This document shows, piece after piece, positions 48,876 through 58,408 of a stretch of 64,000 nucleotides of DNA. Where the stretch lies: positions 297-64,296 of the forward strand of contig CAZXQD010000005.1 in NCBI GenBank assembly GCA_964643405.1, written 5' to 3'. The first letter of the stretch is position 1; each line of letters opens with the position of its first letter. The notes below the pieces were generated by a model, which was not told the origin of the DNA, did not search any database, and was given only the letters and a program-made list of their open reading frames with translations. This DNA comes from an uncultured Hyphomonas sp. (GTDB taxonomy: Bacteria > Pseudomonadota > Alphaproteobacteria > Caulobacterales > Hyphomonadaceae). The translations under genes and the position numbers were made by a program.

Positions 48876-49751
48876 TCACAGGCGCCAAGCGGGCGCATAC
48901 AACTTTCCTGCAGAAGCACGCACCTCTTCAAACAGCGCGCCGATGGCGTCGACGCTGGCTTCCAGCGCTTCAGGGTTTGATCCGATGTTCGACAAGATCG
49001 AACGCAGACGAGGGCCAAAGCTGGCCGGTGCGATCTTGAACTGATCAATCTCGGAAATAGACGTCTTGTCATTGACAAGATAGACGCGGTTCAGCGCGAA
49101 CAAGGTAAGCACCAGTGCCTGTGCAAAACGTGTCAGACATCCCGCTACCCCATGAACGTCGCCATTCGCAGCGAACTTGGGCGCGAACGCAGTCAAGCCG
49201 AACTCGACGCTCCATAGCCGGCTCTGAACAACGGCTTTGGCCAATGCTTCTGGCATAATCGACACCTTGGCTTTCAAAACCGACAGCGTGGATCGAGGAT
49301 CGTGAAGCGGGACTGCAATTGCTGCTTCTCCCAACAGAGTGGGACCGAAGAAGCCGAATGGCGGTTGTTGGTCGAAATCAATCTCGAACCGCCCTTCAAC
49401 TGCATCCTTGAATGTGATCTCAACTTTTTCGAGTGAGCGGTAGAGCAGATCGACTCTCTGTCTTTCGATCGTCAGCCACGCGCCACCATCCACTCAGCGC
49501 CCCCATTCACCGAAGCCCGACACAACAGGGTCCGGCGTATCATTGATGCGCGACGCTATTTGGCGAACTTGCTGAATAGAGAAGGCCGTTCCCGGCCAAT
49601 AGTAGAGCCCAATATCTATATCCGAGTCGGGGCGGGCGCGCCCCCGCGCGTGCGATCCGCCCAGGACGACTGCTTCCACACCCGTCACTTCTCTGAACTC
49701 GTCCACGACCCTTTTCAGGATCGCACCTTGGAAGGGTGTAAGCTGTTGCAT
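48876..49751 (-). pseudogene. Nucleotidyltransferase-domain protein interrupted by one in-frame TGA
   Basis: LGGSHARG, DSDIDIG; GEWGR*VDGGAWL with TGA at 49494-49496 where Trp is expected. Confidence 0.85.
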
Positions 49752-49789
49752 CGTGTAAGTATGTCGAGGTGCCGGCGGGAGCGCAATGA

Positions 49790-49859
49790 CCGGCAGGGTC
49801 AACCCAATCGTGCCATCCGGCGGCCCCACTGAAACTAGGCCGGACTTCGCCGACAATTG
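49790..49859 (+). repeat. Modular direct repeat, copy 2 (blocks B+C only)
   Basis: CCGGCAGGGTCAACCCAATCGTGCCA...AGGCCGGACTTCGCCGACAA; 49/70 vs copy 1, 46/70 vs copy 3. Confidence 0.75.
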
Positions 49860-49912
49860 ACGTTCGACGGCACTTTAGTGAATGCGTTTGCTCCCGCCAC
49901 TGATCGAAGACA

Positions 49913-50040
49913 GGACATACAGCAGCGCGCCTAGCTAGACGATCTCCAGCCAGATATTGAAGTAGAGAAACGGGTTCTGGCTCATATTCCTAGGCTAACC
50001 GCTCTGACCGGTCGCCTCAAGACCCGGTTCCGTTGACATC
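49913..50040 (+). repeat. Second copy of the IS6-like terminal segment
   Basis: Ungapped 101/128 identity to 45245-45372. Confidence 0.85.
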
Positions 50041-50434
50041 ACTCTTCACGCTTGTCTCTCTAGCCCATGTTTCAACTCAATAATCGGAGCTCGGACTAAC
50101 TCAAACACTGGACCGCTTCTCGGGAGGTAGACCAGACTAACTCTTCGGCAAAGCCGATCGTCGTGGCACTTGTGCGGCCGAGATGGGGATAGTGGCGGCG
50201 GTCCTGGTCCGTCAGTTCGGCGTCTCCGAAATGTCGAGTCACCGCTGAATTCTCACACCGAGCTAGTCCATGGTTCGCAATCGCGTGTAGAAGCCGCATG
50301 GCCGACGAATTTGCTGGGCCGTTGTTGAGGAGCAGTCGGCTTCACCTGGAGCCAAGGACGGCATGTGCGTGGTTCAAAAAACTTCGCCGGCAGGTTATCT
50401 CTCTATGCATCTTTGAGGACTGTGCGAGGGACCG

Positions 50435-51700
50435 GTGAAGCCGAAACAAGTGAAGTCAATTCCCTGGACGAAAATCGCATTGACAATTTCAACAGCGCTG
50501 ATCTGCGCCATTGCGCTTTATGGATTGTCTTACGCTACAAGAGATTTGACGCGCTTTGGTGATCTTGCCGATCAAGCTGTTGACCGCGCACTTGCTCTTT
50601 CTGCGGATAGCGACGAAATCCCTCTAGGGCCCCGCATCGTAGTAATAGATTTCAATGATCGGACGCTTTCCAAACTGGGAAACCCTCCGCTTATTCCGCC
50701 TTCAAGTCTCGCGCTCGCCATAGAACAAACCGTCGAAATGCAGCCTCGGGCAGTCATGATCGATATAGATTTGTCGTGGATCAGCGAAGCGGACGATGTG
50801 GAGCGATTGAATAACGCTCTAGAAAGCTCTGAGCGCGCAGGTGTAGTTTTGCTCCTCTCGAGAGTGCGGTATCCAAATGCTGTGGACGGACGGCGCGATG
50901 TTTTTCCGCCGACGGCGTTTGACTCCGCAGTTCGCGAAAGTGCCACTGCAAACTGGGTCAGCGCTGAAGCCATTCAGAGCGGTGATGGTATCGTTCGCTC
51001 AATAGCTCCTTTCGTTGAGGGATACGCCAATGGGCAGCTGGTTCGGGTCCCAGCCCCCCATTTGATTTTAGCGTTGAAAGGGGATGAAGCCGATCTAGCC
51101 GGTGCACGCGCGCGTTTTGGGGCGGGAGCGGATGAGAAAGTATTCTTGGCGGGTGCACAGAAAATCGACCTTTCGCAACGCGAAAATTCAATCGTGCGGT
51201 TCACTGACAGCTGGCCGCCGAAGTCAGGCCACCGTATCTCGGTTTTACCTGCCACGCCCTTGATTGAGCAGAGTGGACCAATTGATGATAGTTTGATCAA
51301 AGATTCGATTGTAGTGATCGGTTCGAGCGGCTCTCTTCAGGGCGATATGCACGAAACGCCTCTGGGACCAATGCCAGGTGCGTTCATCATAGCGAATGCA
51401 ATTGGGTCTTGGCAGGCTGGCGGGCCGCAGGTTGGCTGGTCTTTTCTGTTGGGTGGATTGATCGTTCTCGCCGGGGCGCTTGCGGTTTCGGCAATGGTCT
51501 CCCTGTCAATGGTGATTTGCCCGACGAGGTTTCGAGATAAACTGAAAAACTTCCTTCCCGGGACTGCCGTGACACTAATTTGGATCACCGCTCAGTTTAC
51601 AGGAGTAGCCGTCGATATAGGATGGCTGATGATCCTAGCCTATCCTGTAGCATGGATTGCGGTTGCTGCGTTTGGCCGAGCAAAGCAGAGCGAAGCATGA
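50435..51700 (+). CDS. CHASE2-domain membrane protein without cytoplasmic output domain
   Basis: RIVVIDFND, PRAVMIDID, DGIVR, VVIG, DMHETPLGPMPGAFIIANAI, then three TMs and stop. Confidence 0.85.
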   Translation: MKPKQVKSIPWTKIALTISTALICAIALYGLSYATRDLTRFGDLADQAVDRALALSADSDEIPLGPRIVVIDFNDRTLSKLGNPPLIPPSSLALAIEQTVEMQPRAVMIDIDLSWISEADDVERLNNALESSERAGVVLLLSRVRYPNAVDGRRDVFPPTAFDSAVRESATANWVSAEAIQSGDGIVRSIAPFVEGYANGQLVRVPAPHLILALKGDEADLAGARARFGAGADEKVFLAGAQKIDLSQRENSIVRFTDSWPPKSGHRISVLPATPLIEQSGPIDDSLIKDSIVVIGSSGSLQGDMHETPLGPMPGAFIIANAIGSWQAGGPQVGWSFLLGGLIVLAGALAVSAMVSLSMVICPTRFRDKLKNFLPGTAVTLIWITAQFTGVAVDIGWLMILAYPVAWIAVAAFGRAKQSEA

Positions 51701-52509
51701 AGTTTCTTGCGTTGTTTCTTCTTTTTTTGGGCTTCTCAGGTTCGGCTCTAGCCGAGCGATGCCACAGAATCCCGCCAGGGGTCATCGTCGACTTCAATGA
51801 GCCTTCCCATGAGTATCGGCTGGTGCGGAGCAAACGAGAGGAGCCGATCCGGTTTTTCATGCCGCTCATCTCCGGCGACAGGCTCAGTTTTTCGCATACC
51901 GGTTATCTTTCGGTTCAAACTGCAGACGGAACGGCAACTTGGTCGAGCCAATACTCCCCAATTTGCGTTGCGGAAGGCGAGCCCGTAACCTGGGCCGAGC
52001 GAATTTCGCAGCATATAACAGAACGTCTAACTCGCTCGCGGGACCGAGGTTATGTTCCAACGGTTACACGCGGTGAAGGTTCTTTGCGCGTCGCATTTGG
52101 CGATGCTGGTTCAGGTTATGCCGTGATTGGATCTGGAACGCGCAATCTGGCATTTTCTTGGCTCCAGGGCATCTCCCCCTTTGAAGTGCGCCTTATCGAC
52201 AAGGCCGGCGCTCTTGTCGTTGACGAGTCCCAAGTGCTTTCACGGACGTTGATTTTGGAGTCTCCCCGGGTCATTCCTGAAGGTGACTACATTCTCGAGA
52301 TAAGGGACAGTTCGGGAGATGATCCGATTGTCGTCTCCCTGAAAGCGATTTCACCCAATGGCCCTGTAACTGACGCTAGTTCCGCAATGGCGCTAGCTGG
52401 AGAGCTCGCAGCATCTGGACGGGAATTGGATGCCTTCTTCGTCCTCAGCCCCTACAGGTTTGAAAGCAAATCCGCTTCGGATTTCATGGATGTTCTCGCT
52501 GGTCGTTAA
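51697..52509 (+). CDS. Exported hypothetical protein, translationally coupled to the CHASE2 gene
   Basis: ATGA overlap; signal peptide MKFLALFLLFLGFSGSALA; central PTVTRG. Confidence 0.75.
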   Translation: MKFLALFLLFLGFSGSALAERCHRIPPGVIVDFNEPSHEYRLVRSKREEPIRFFMPLISGDRLSFSHTGYLSVQTADGTATWSSQYSPICVAEGEPVTWAERISQHITERLTRSRDRGYVPTVTRGEGSLRVAFGDAGSGYAVIGSGTRNLAFSWLQGISPFEVRLIDKAGALVVDESQVLSRTLILESPRVIPEGDYILEIRDSSGDDPIVVSLKAISPNGPVTDASSAMALAGELAASGRELDAFFVLSPYRFESKSASDFMDVLAGR

Positions 52510-52597
52510 GGCAGCCAGCGCCGCTGATTGAGCAGCATTGCTGTTTGGTCTCGGCCACAGCAGGGTTGTACTCTGACTCAAGCGTGGAAACACGCCT

Positions 52598-53605
52598 TCA
52601 AGGACTGACGAAACAGGACCTCACGTGGTCAAATGAGAACTCTCTTCCCTGTGGATTGAGAACACTAGCAGTTCTCGTTCTTGCTTCATGTCTTACGCTA
52701 ATGATTTCGATCGGGCGCCCACCACACTCGGCCGCAACGACCTTTTTTCCCACAGTGGTATGGACCTCTGCGGGTTCCCGGTCGCCTCGGATCAAAATCT
52801 GCTCTTCTGTAAGCCAGTCGACACGGGCCGAATAGCCGTCTGCCGAAATCGACAGTAAACGCTTAGCGCTAACGGCATCCCACAGTTCTAGGTGGTCACC
52901 TGTCAACCGGAGCAGCGTCCTGCCAGAAGGGCTGAGTGCCGCATGGGCGGTACGAGCAGCCCCAATGGACGAGTAGACGATGTTTCCGTTATCCCGGCAA
53001 ACGATGCCAGGCGTTGCCTTGTCGTTGAGCCTGAGAAGGAACGACGCACAGTCGCCTGTCACAATTCGCGCCCCTGTTCGCTCGATCCAAGGCACCCGCA
53101 TTTCGGTTATCACGCCGCCTGGGTAGCTAAATCCGAGGAGGCGCGCTGCGTTTTCTCCCGTCGGTGGGTCTGAAAAGAGAAGAAACTCCTCGATTTGACT
53201 TTGTCTGTCTGTGTAAGCCGCCTTAAGGTCCGCCTCTGACATTGGGGGGCGAAGTAGTTGGGCTCCCGTTTCTGAATATCCATCGTCAAAATCGAGCACG
53301 CAAACAGCTGCGGCACTGTCGACAACAAATCCAAATCGCATTTCAGTGTTAACGATCCCGATCTCTGCATTTCGGCAAAGCTTAGCGAGTTGGGAGAGAG
53401 CAGAACCCTTGTCAGCTGGGACGGCCGGGCGGGTTGGATCGACGGTGTTTGCCGCAAAATCTGCAAGCAGGCTTTGCCACTCTCCTTCATCTAAAGGAGC
53501 CTCGTAAGCAATTCTCGTCATTGCCTCCTCTCCTTCAGTTTGCGCAATTGCCGACTGGCCAAATAGCAGTGCGATGGAGATAATTGAAGCAAGACGGATT
53601 TTCAT
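52598..53605 (-). CDS. Exported hypothetical protein with WD40-like C-terminal blades
   Basis: Signal peptide ending AIA; AALSPSGRTLL...LELWDAVSAK. Confidence 0.7.
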   Translation of the reverse strand: MKIRLASIISIALLFGQSAIAQTEGEEAMTRIAYEAPLDEGEWQSLLADFAANTVDPTRPAVPADKGSALSQLAKLCRNAEIGIVNTEMRFGFVVDSAAAVCVLDFDDGYSETGAQLLRPPMSEADLKAAYTDRQSQIEEFLLFSDPPTGENAARLLGFSYPGGVITEMRVPWIERTGARIVTGDCASFLLRLNDKATPGIVCRDNGNIVYSSIGAARTAHAALSPSGRTLLRLTGDHLELWDAVSAKRLLSISADGYSARVDWLTEEQILIRGDREPAEVHTTVGKKVVAAECGGRPIEIISVRHEARTRTASVLNPQGREFSFDHVRSCFVSP

Positions 53606-53671
53606 ATGGTCGGCCTGAGCTCACCAATATCAGAGTACCTTATGAAAAAACATAAACGGCAGGACCTACTT

Positions 53672-56524
53672 ATGTCGATGCGCATTCTTATTTTGGTTCT
53701 GAGTGCCGTGATTGTTTCTTGCAGCTCGGAGAGCGCCAGAGCCGAGCAGGCAGCGGACGAGCGCAGGAGTCGGGATGCATGGTATGCAGCAACGAGTTTT
53801 TTTGATTTTCCGGAAGCTCGTGACGATGTTTCGCGCGGAGGCATCCAAGCGATACGAACCGAACTGGAGACTGTGTTCAAAGAGGGCAGCATCTCCAGTT
53901 CGGTTCGCCACAAAGCCTGGGAAATCCAGGAAGTGCTTGGTAGGCTTGCGTTCTATGCAGGAGAGTTTTCGCTCGCGGCGCGCGATTTCGAAGCGGCACT
54001 CGCATCGATTGGCCGGGATGCAGATGCCCAGAATCGCCGCCGGCTAGAGAACCGTCTTGCGCTCGCACTCGCGTTGGATGGCCGGTTCACAGAGTCTGAA
54101 GGCGTGTTCTCTAGGTTGGAGCCCTGTTCCGGAGGCGAATGCGATCTGCGTGAAGCGTACACAGGATGCGGAGGGCTCGGCTATAGTCTTGACAACCTGG
54201 ACCTTGACCGATTTGTGACGGAGAGCATTCCGCTCGGTGCTTGCGCCAGCCGCCGCCTGGTTGCTGCTTCTGAAAGTGCGATGGCTCAATCGCGCTCTGA
54301 TCTAGTCGAGCCTCTGCTCTACGCAGCGGACTTCGTCGCGCGGCCGATACCGATCGAAGAACCACGCGATGCCGGGTTGGCCCGGCTCGACGCCGCCGAC
54401 GCACTAGTCGATCTATTGCTTTTACAACGCCGGGGAAATGATGCTGCCGCGCTAATGGTTGATTTAGCGTCCGATCCGAATGTTTTGGACGCAGGCCCCG
54501 ATAAAGTCAGGAAACTGAACAGACGAATTGCCGCCAGCCGGTCTGACCAAGTCTCATCCAGGTTCCGCATTGCAACCTCGCGAGAGGATACGGCGGACGA
54601 ACTCAAAGACATCCAGTCCTTACTGTTCAAACTAGCAGGTTTCGGCGGTAGTTTTGGTCCCGCTAGCTCCAGAAACTCAATGGGGTACTTTCGTCGCGCG
54701 GCTCAGACGAGCGCAGCCCTAAGTGACTTCGAGGCTGCATTGGATTACGGATATCAGGCAATTTTGGGCACAGTCTCCTTTACGACGCCAGGGCTGCCAC
54801 TGCGCGTCGATATGGGGCCGACACCTCCGGACTGTCCGCCCGGAAACGCTGAACTGCCGAGATGCAACGCATGGTATGACGAGATTGTTGAACTATACGC
54901 GAGCGAAGAGCTATCAGCCGTATTGAGCGAATACGCCGTCTACCTCAGTTTGGCTGGTCGCCCGGGAGACGCTCTGGACACGGAAGACCGGGCCCAGGTC
55001 ATTTTCCGCAACTGGCTTCGCAGAAACTGGAGCAGTATGCGAGTGTTGTCGTCCGGTCTGCTCTCACGATCTGATCTTGATTCTGAGCGGTTGTATCAGT
55101 TGAGGCCGCTAGTCACAGGCCAGCCTGACAGGGCGAAACGCGCGTTCGCCCTTGGGTTCGAAATCATTCAAAATGTGCAATTCAGTCGGGTAGATGCAGC
55201 GCTTCGGCAATCCGTCGCGAGGCAGTCGCTTGAGGACGACGCGACACGTCTGCTGATTCAGCAACGGCAAGTGCTGTCACAGCAAAGCGATACCTCGGTT
55301 GACTTGAGCGAGGCGCGCCGCGGTGAAATCAGACGCAGAATTGCGGAGATCGACAGCCGGTTAACAGTTCCGTTCTCTGAGATAGAACGAAAGGCAGGAT
55401 TTCTTCCTCTTGATGCCGACAGTGCAAGCTCGCTGCTTGCTCCGGATGAAGCGCTAATGGTTATTGCCTCATTGCCCGACCGGACCGAAGTCGTGGTTGT
55501 CAGCCGCACAGAGCGCATTTGGTACGCATCTGATATTTCTGCCGCAGATCTTTCAAAAAAGGTGGCTGCGCTGAGAGCGCACGTTGATGGCGACGTTCCG
55601 TACAACGCAGACGTCGCTTACGAAGTCTACAGTTCTGTCTTCCGGCCCGCCGAAAGCGCAATCGGCAAGAAACGCCTGCTGGTCGCGGTTTCCGGACCTC
55701 TATCCGCGCTGCCGCTCTCAATGCTTGTCACTGAACGCCCCGTCGGGAATACCTACCGAGCAAAACTGAAGAACGCCCGCTGGCTAGCGCAAAGGCACGC
55801 CGTTCTTTACCTTCCCTCAGTGGCAGCGCTCAGTTCGCTAAGGCGCGACAAGGAAGGAAGTCGCCACACCAGTTTCATCGGGTTTGGAGATCCAATCCTG
55901 GACACGATCGAGCCTCCACAAGTCGAAGTAAGGCGCGAAACCGGTTTGGCGCGCCTTCAATTTGCAGCGTCTGAGATCAGACGCCTTGCGGCGGTCATGA
56001 AGGCACCAGAAAGCCAAGTCTATCTAGGAGCTGATGCCACAAAGCAGAAGTTTGTAGAACTGGACCTGTCGAGCGTGTCAGTGATCGCATTTGCCACTCA
56101 CGCGCTCAAGGCAGCCGGCCCAACTCGACCGGAACCCGGTCTCATTTTCAGCCGAACGGCGGGAGCGGACGATACGTTCTTGGCAGCTTCTGAGGTTGCC
56201 TCTCTTCGGATTGGCGCCGACCTCGTAATACTGTCCGCATGCAACACTGCGGGGGAAGATGGATCTGGCGGAGAAGCACTTTCCGGATTGACACAATCCT
56301 TTCTTTTCGCGGGCGCGCGAAGCGTTGTAGCGACTCACTGGTCGGTACTCGACAAAGCTGCAGCGGATATCATGCCAACAGTGCTGGAACCGAATATCGC
56401 AGTTCTTCCAAGCATGATTGCTGACCAGTTGCAGCGTGCTGTGCTTGATCATTTGGCTGCCGCGGAGTCTGAGACTGAACTGGAACCACGATACTGGGGC
56501 GCATTTGTCGTGGTGGGCGGCTGA
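53672..56524 (+). CDS. TPR-CHAT (caspase-like cysteine protease), probable lipoprotein
   Basis: LSAVIVSC lipobox-like leader; TPR-like helices; GPLSALP, GFGDP, FATHA (His), LVILSACNT (Cys), FLFAGARSVVATHWSV, PRYWGAFVVVG. Confidence 0.9.
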   Translation: MSMRILILVLSAVIVSCSSESARAEQAADERRSRDAWYAATSFFDFPEARDDVSRGGIQAIRTELETVFKEGSISSSVRHKAWEIQEVLGRLAFYAGEFSLAARDFEAALASIGRDADAQNRRRLENRLALALALDGRFTESEGVFSRLEPCSGGECDLREAYTGCGGLGYSLDNLDLDRFVTESIPLGACASRRLVAASESAMAQSRSDLVEPLLYAADFVARPIPIEEPRDAGLARLDAADALVDLLLLQRRGNDAAALMVDLASDPNVLDAGPDKVRKLNRRIAASRSDQVSSRFRIATSREDTADELKDIQSLLFKLAGFGGSFGPASSRNSMGYFRRAAQTSAALSDFEAALDYGYQAILGTVSFTTPGLPLRVDMGPTPPDCPPGNAELPRCNAWYDEIVELYASEELSAVLSEYAVYLSLAGRPGDALDTEDRAQVIFRNWLRRNWSSMRVLSSGLLSRSDLDSERLYQLRPLVTGQPDRAKRAFALGFEIIQNVQFSRVDAALRQSVARQSLEDDATRLLIQQRQVLSQQSDTSVDLSEARRGEIRRRIAEIDSRLTVPFSEIERKAGFLPLDADSASSLLAPDEALMVIASLPDRTEVVVVSRTERIWYASDISAADLSKKVAALRAHVDGDVPYNADVAYEVYSSVFRPAESAIGKKRLLVAVSGPLSALPLSMLVTERPVGNTYRAKLKNARWLAQRHAVLYLPSVAALSSLRRDKEGSRHTSFIGFGDPILDTIEPPQVEVRRETGLARLQFAASEIRRLAAVMKAPESQVYLGADATKQKFVELDLSSVSVIAFATHALKAAGPTRPEPGLIFSRTAGADDTFLAASEVASLRIGADLVILSACNTAGEDGSGGEALSGLTQSFLFAGARSVVATHWSVLDKAAADIMPTVLEPNIAVLPSMIADQLQRAVLDHLAAAESETELEPRYWGAFVVVGG

Positions 56525-56607
56525 TCACGTGGAAGAGTTACTGAGATTCGAACTTTCGGTGCCTTGGCAAAAATCAGCCATCCGCATTGAGTTGTTCAAT
56601 GACCGAA

Positions 56608-56713
56608 TTGGGCCAGGTCGGCTCTGATCGTCACGTTACGCGATCGGCGGGATCGGTCCAATCGTGTCATTCGACCATCTCACGCGCACCGGGCCGCAGT
56701 TCGCCGATAACGG
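56608..56713 (+). repeat. Modular direct repeat, copy 3
   Basis: TTGGGCCAGGTCGGCTCTGAT (20/21 vs copy 1) plus blocks B and C at identical spacing. Confidence 0.8.
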
Positions 56714-56821
56714 CCGTTACCAGTCTGAGTCCCTTTCTAAAATTTAGAGAAGAAGCCGAGCATGTATCTAGGGGTTATTTGCTCCTAATACGCGCGCCTA
56801 CGATTTTCTAACGACGACGCT

Positions 56822-57097
56822 TCAGCCCCGGTACTTGCCAAAGAGGTCCACAAGCTCAGAAAACTTCTGCCTCTGGCTCTCGGCATCACCGTCCCGAATC
56901 GCCTCTTCCACGCAATGCGCGGCATGGTTCTTCAGGAGTTCGTCTTCGACCTTTCCGAGCGCCGCCTTGATCGCCTGAACCTGCGTCAGGATGTCGATAC
57001 AGTAGCGGCCTTCCTCGACCATGCCGGAGACACCTCGCACCTGACCCTCGATTCTCCTGAGCCGGGTTACAACGGATTTAGGTGGAGATTGATGCAT
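56822..57097 (-). CDS. csoR: CsoR/RcnR-family metal-sensing repressor
   Basis: RLRRIEGQVRGV, RYCIDIL, HAAHCV (C-H-C ligands). Confidence 0.9.
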   Translation of the reverse strand: MHQSPPKSVVTRLRRIEGQVRGVSGMVEEGRYCIDILTQVQAIKAALGKVEDELLKNHAAHCVEEAIRDGDAESQRQKFSELVDLFGKYRG

Positions 57098-57126
57098 TTG
57101 ACATATACCTCTATGGGGTATACATA
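57098..57126. promoter_or_regulatory. CsoR-type operator within a sigma70-like promoter
   Basis: TTGACA at 57098; TATACCTCTATGGGGTATA at 57104-57122. Confidence 0.8.
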
Positions 57127-57155
57127 ACCGTTCAGTCCAAATTGGTCAACGCTTC

Positions 57156-57578
57156 ATGATGGCTTCGCTTCGCAGCGCGTTTATTGCCCTGACCCTGCTC
57201 GTGCTGGGCGCAGGGCACGCAGCGTGTGCCTGCGTAGCGGTCGCAGGCGCGCTGGAGGCACCAGACATTGCCGTTTCAGCTCCTTCAGCCCACAGCCACC
57301 ATGCGGCTGCAAATGATCCGTCACAGGACCAGCACTGCAATGGGGGCTCTGAAGTTCCGGAGCATGACTGCACCCATTGTGTGACCGCTGCACTGCCTGC
57401 TGACGCATCGCTGAAGGCGGTCAGTGCCACTCCTGCGCACGTCGCAATCCTCCCGCCGGTTCCGGAACTGAAATCAGTCAGCCTGTTGAGGCTCGCCGAC
57501 CTGAATACAGAACCAGACGCAGGGCATCCTCGAACTCGACCGTCTCCAGTCACACTGAAAGTCCGCCTGCAGATTTGA
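57156..57578 (+). CDS. Small Cys/His-rich exported protein (CopL/DUF2946-like)
   Basis: Signal/TM, ACAC, HSHH, HDCTHC, C-terminal RPSP; first gene of the cop cluster. Confidence 0.6.
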   Translation: MMASLRSAFIALTLLVLGAGHAACACVAVAGALEAPDIAVSAPSAHSHHAAANDPSQDQHCNGGSEVPEHDCTHCVTAALPADASLKAVSATPAHVAILPPVPELKSVSLLRLADLNTEPDAGHPRTRPSPVTLKVRLQI

Positions 57579-57691
57579 TCCTGTGATGAACCCTGCGCGC
57601 GCCTCTCCGGCAGCGCAGAATGTTTCATCCATTCTAGCGTGCGCGTCTTTGCGCCCGCTTCCCGGCCGATCAATTGCAGGACAACGTTCCA

Positions 57692-58339
57692 ATGAAACTC
57701 TCCCACTCAATTCTCGCCGCTGCCGTTGTGTTTGCAGCTTCGCCCGCCTTTGCGCTTGAAGGCGACAGTTCCGCTGCCGCGATGCAGCATTCTGATCATT
57801 GCGGCCTGCCCATGGGCGAAGGCACGGTGGCCGGACTCGACGTCAAGGCATCCAAGGCCACGATAGATCACATGCCCATCGCCGCCCTCAACTGGGACGC
57901 CATGACGATGGACTTCAAGGCTGCCAAGGGCATTGACCTGTCCGCCTTCGCAGCCGGTGACCGCGTCCATTTCCTTCTGACTGAGGACACAAAATCGAAG
58001 TCTTACAGGATTGAAGCGATGTGTTCGCTCGATGCCCCGAAAGGCCTGCATGACGCCTGCATGGGCAAGATGCATGAGACGGCCATGACGCTCACGGCAG
58101 CCAGCGGCAAATCCTGCGATATGGGCGGGATGGATCATGGCGCAATGCCAGGAATGGACCACACCGGCATGAAGAGCATGGATCATGGCAATATGGATCA
58201 CATGAAGCACGGCGAGATGAAACCGGCCAATGCCGAGACCATGAACTGCAAGGAGATGTGCGCGATGATGAAGAAGTCATCCGATACTCCGCCGGCAGAC
58301 GAAAAGCCTGCTGCTGTGATGGACCATAGCCAGCACTGA
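57692..58339 (+). CDS. CusF-like copper-binding protein with Met/His/Cys-rich tail
   Basis: Signal peptide; IDHMPIAALNWDAMTMDF; MDH repeats. Confidence 0.82.
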   Translation: MKLSHSILAAAVVFAASPAFALEGDSSAAAMQHSDHCGLPMGEGTVAGLDVKASKATIDHMPIAALNWDAMTMDFKAAKGIDLSAFAAGDRVHFLLTEDTKSKSYRIEAMCSLDAPKGLHDACMGKMHETAMTLTAASGKSCDMGGMDHGAMPGMDHTGMKSMDHGNMDHMKHGEMKPANAETMNCKEMCAMMKKSSDTPPADEKPAAVMDHSQH

Positions 58340-58408
58340 TCCGGTCGCCTGACGCGCAGCGCGCTTCCGGCGCGCGCGGCAGGCGTTCCTCACACAAGGT
58401 TCGAACCC

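Noticed and set aside
50096..50299. 67-aa minus-strand ORF before the CHASE2 gene
   Set aside because: No motif or clear RBS; may be a gene relic but cannot be supported.
57360..57385. HDCTHC as a c-type heme motif
   Set aside because: The sequence is CTHCV, not CxxCH; more likely a metal-binding CxxC.
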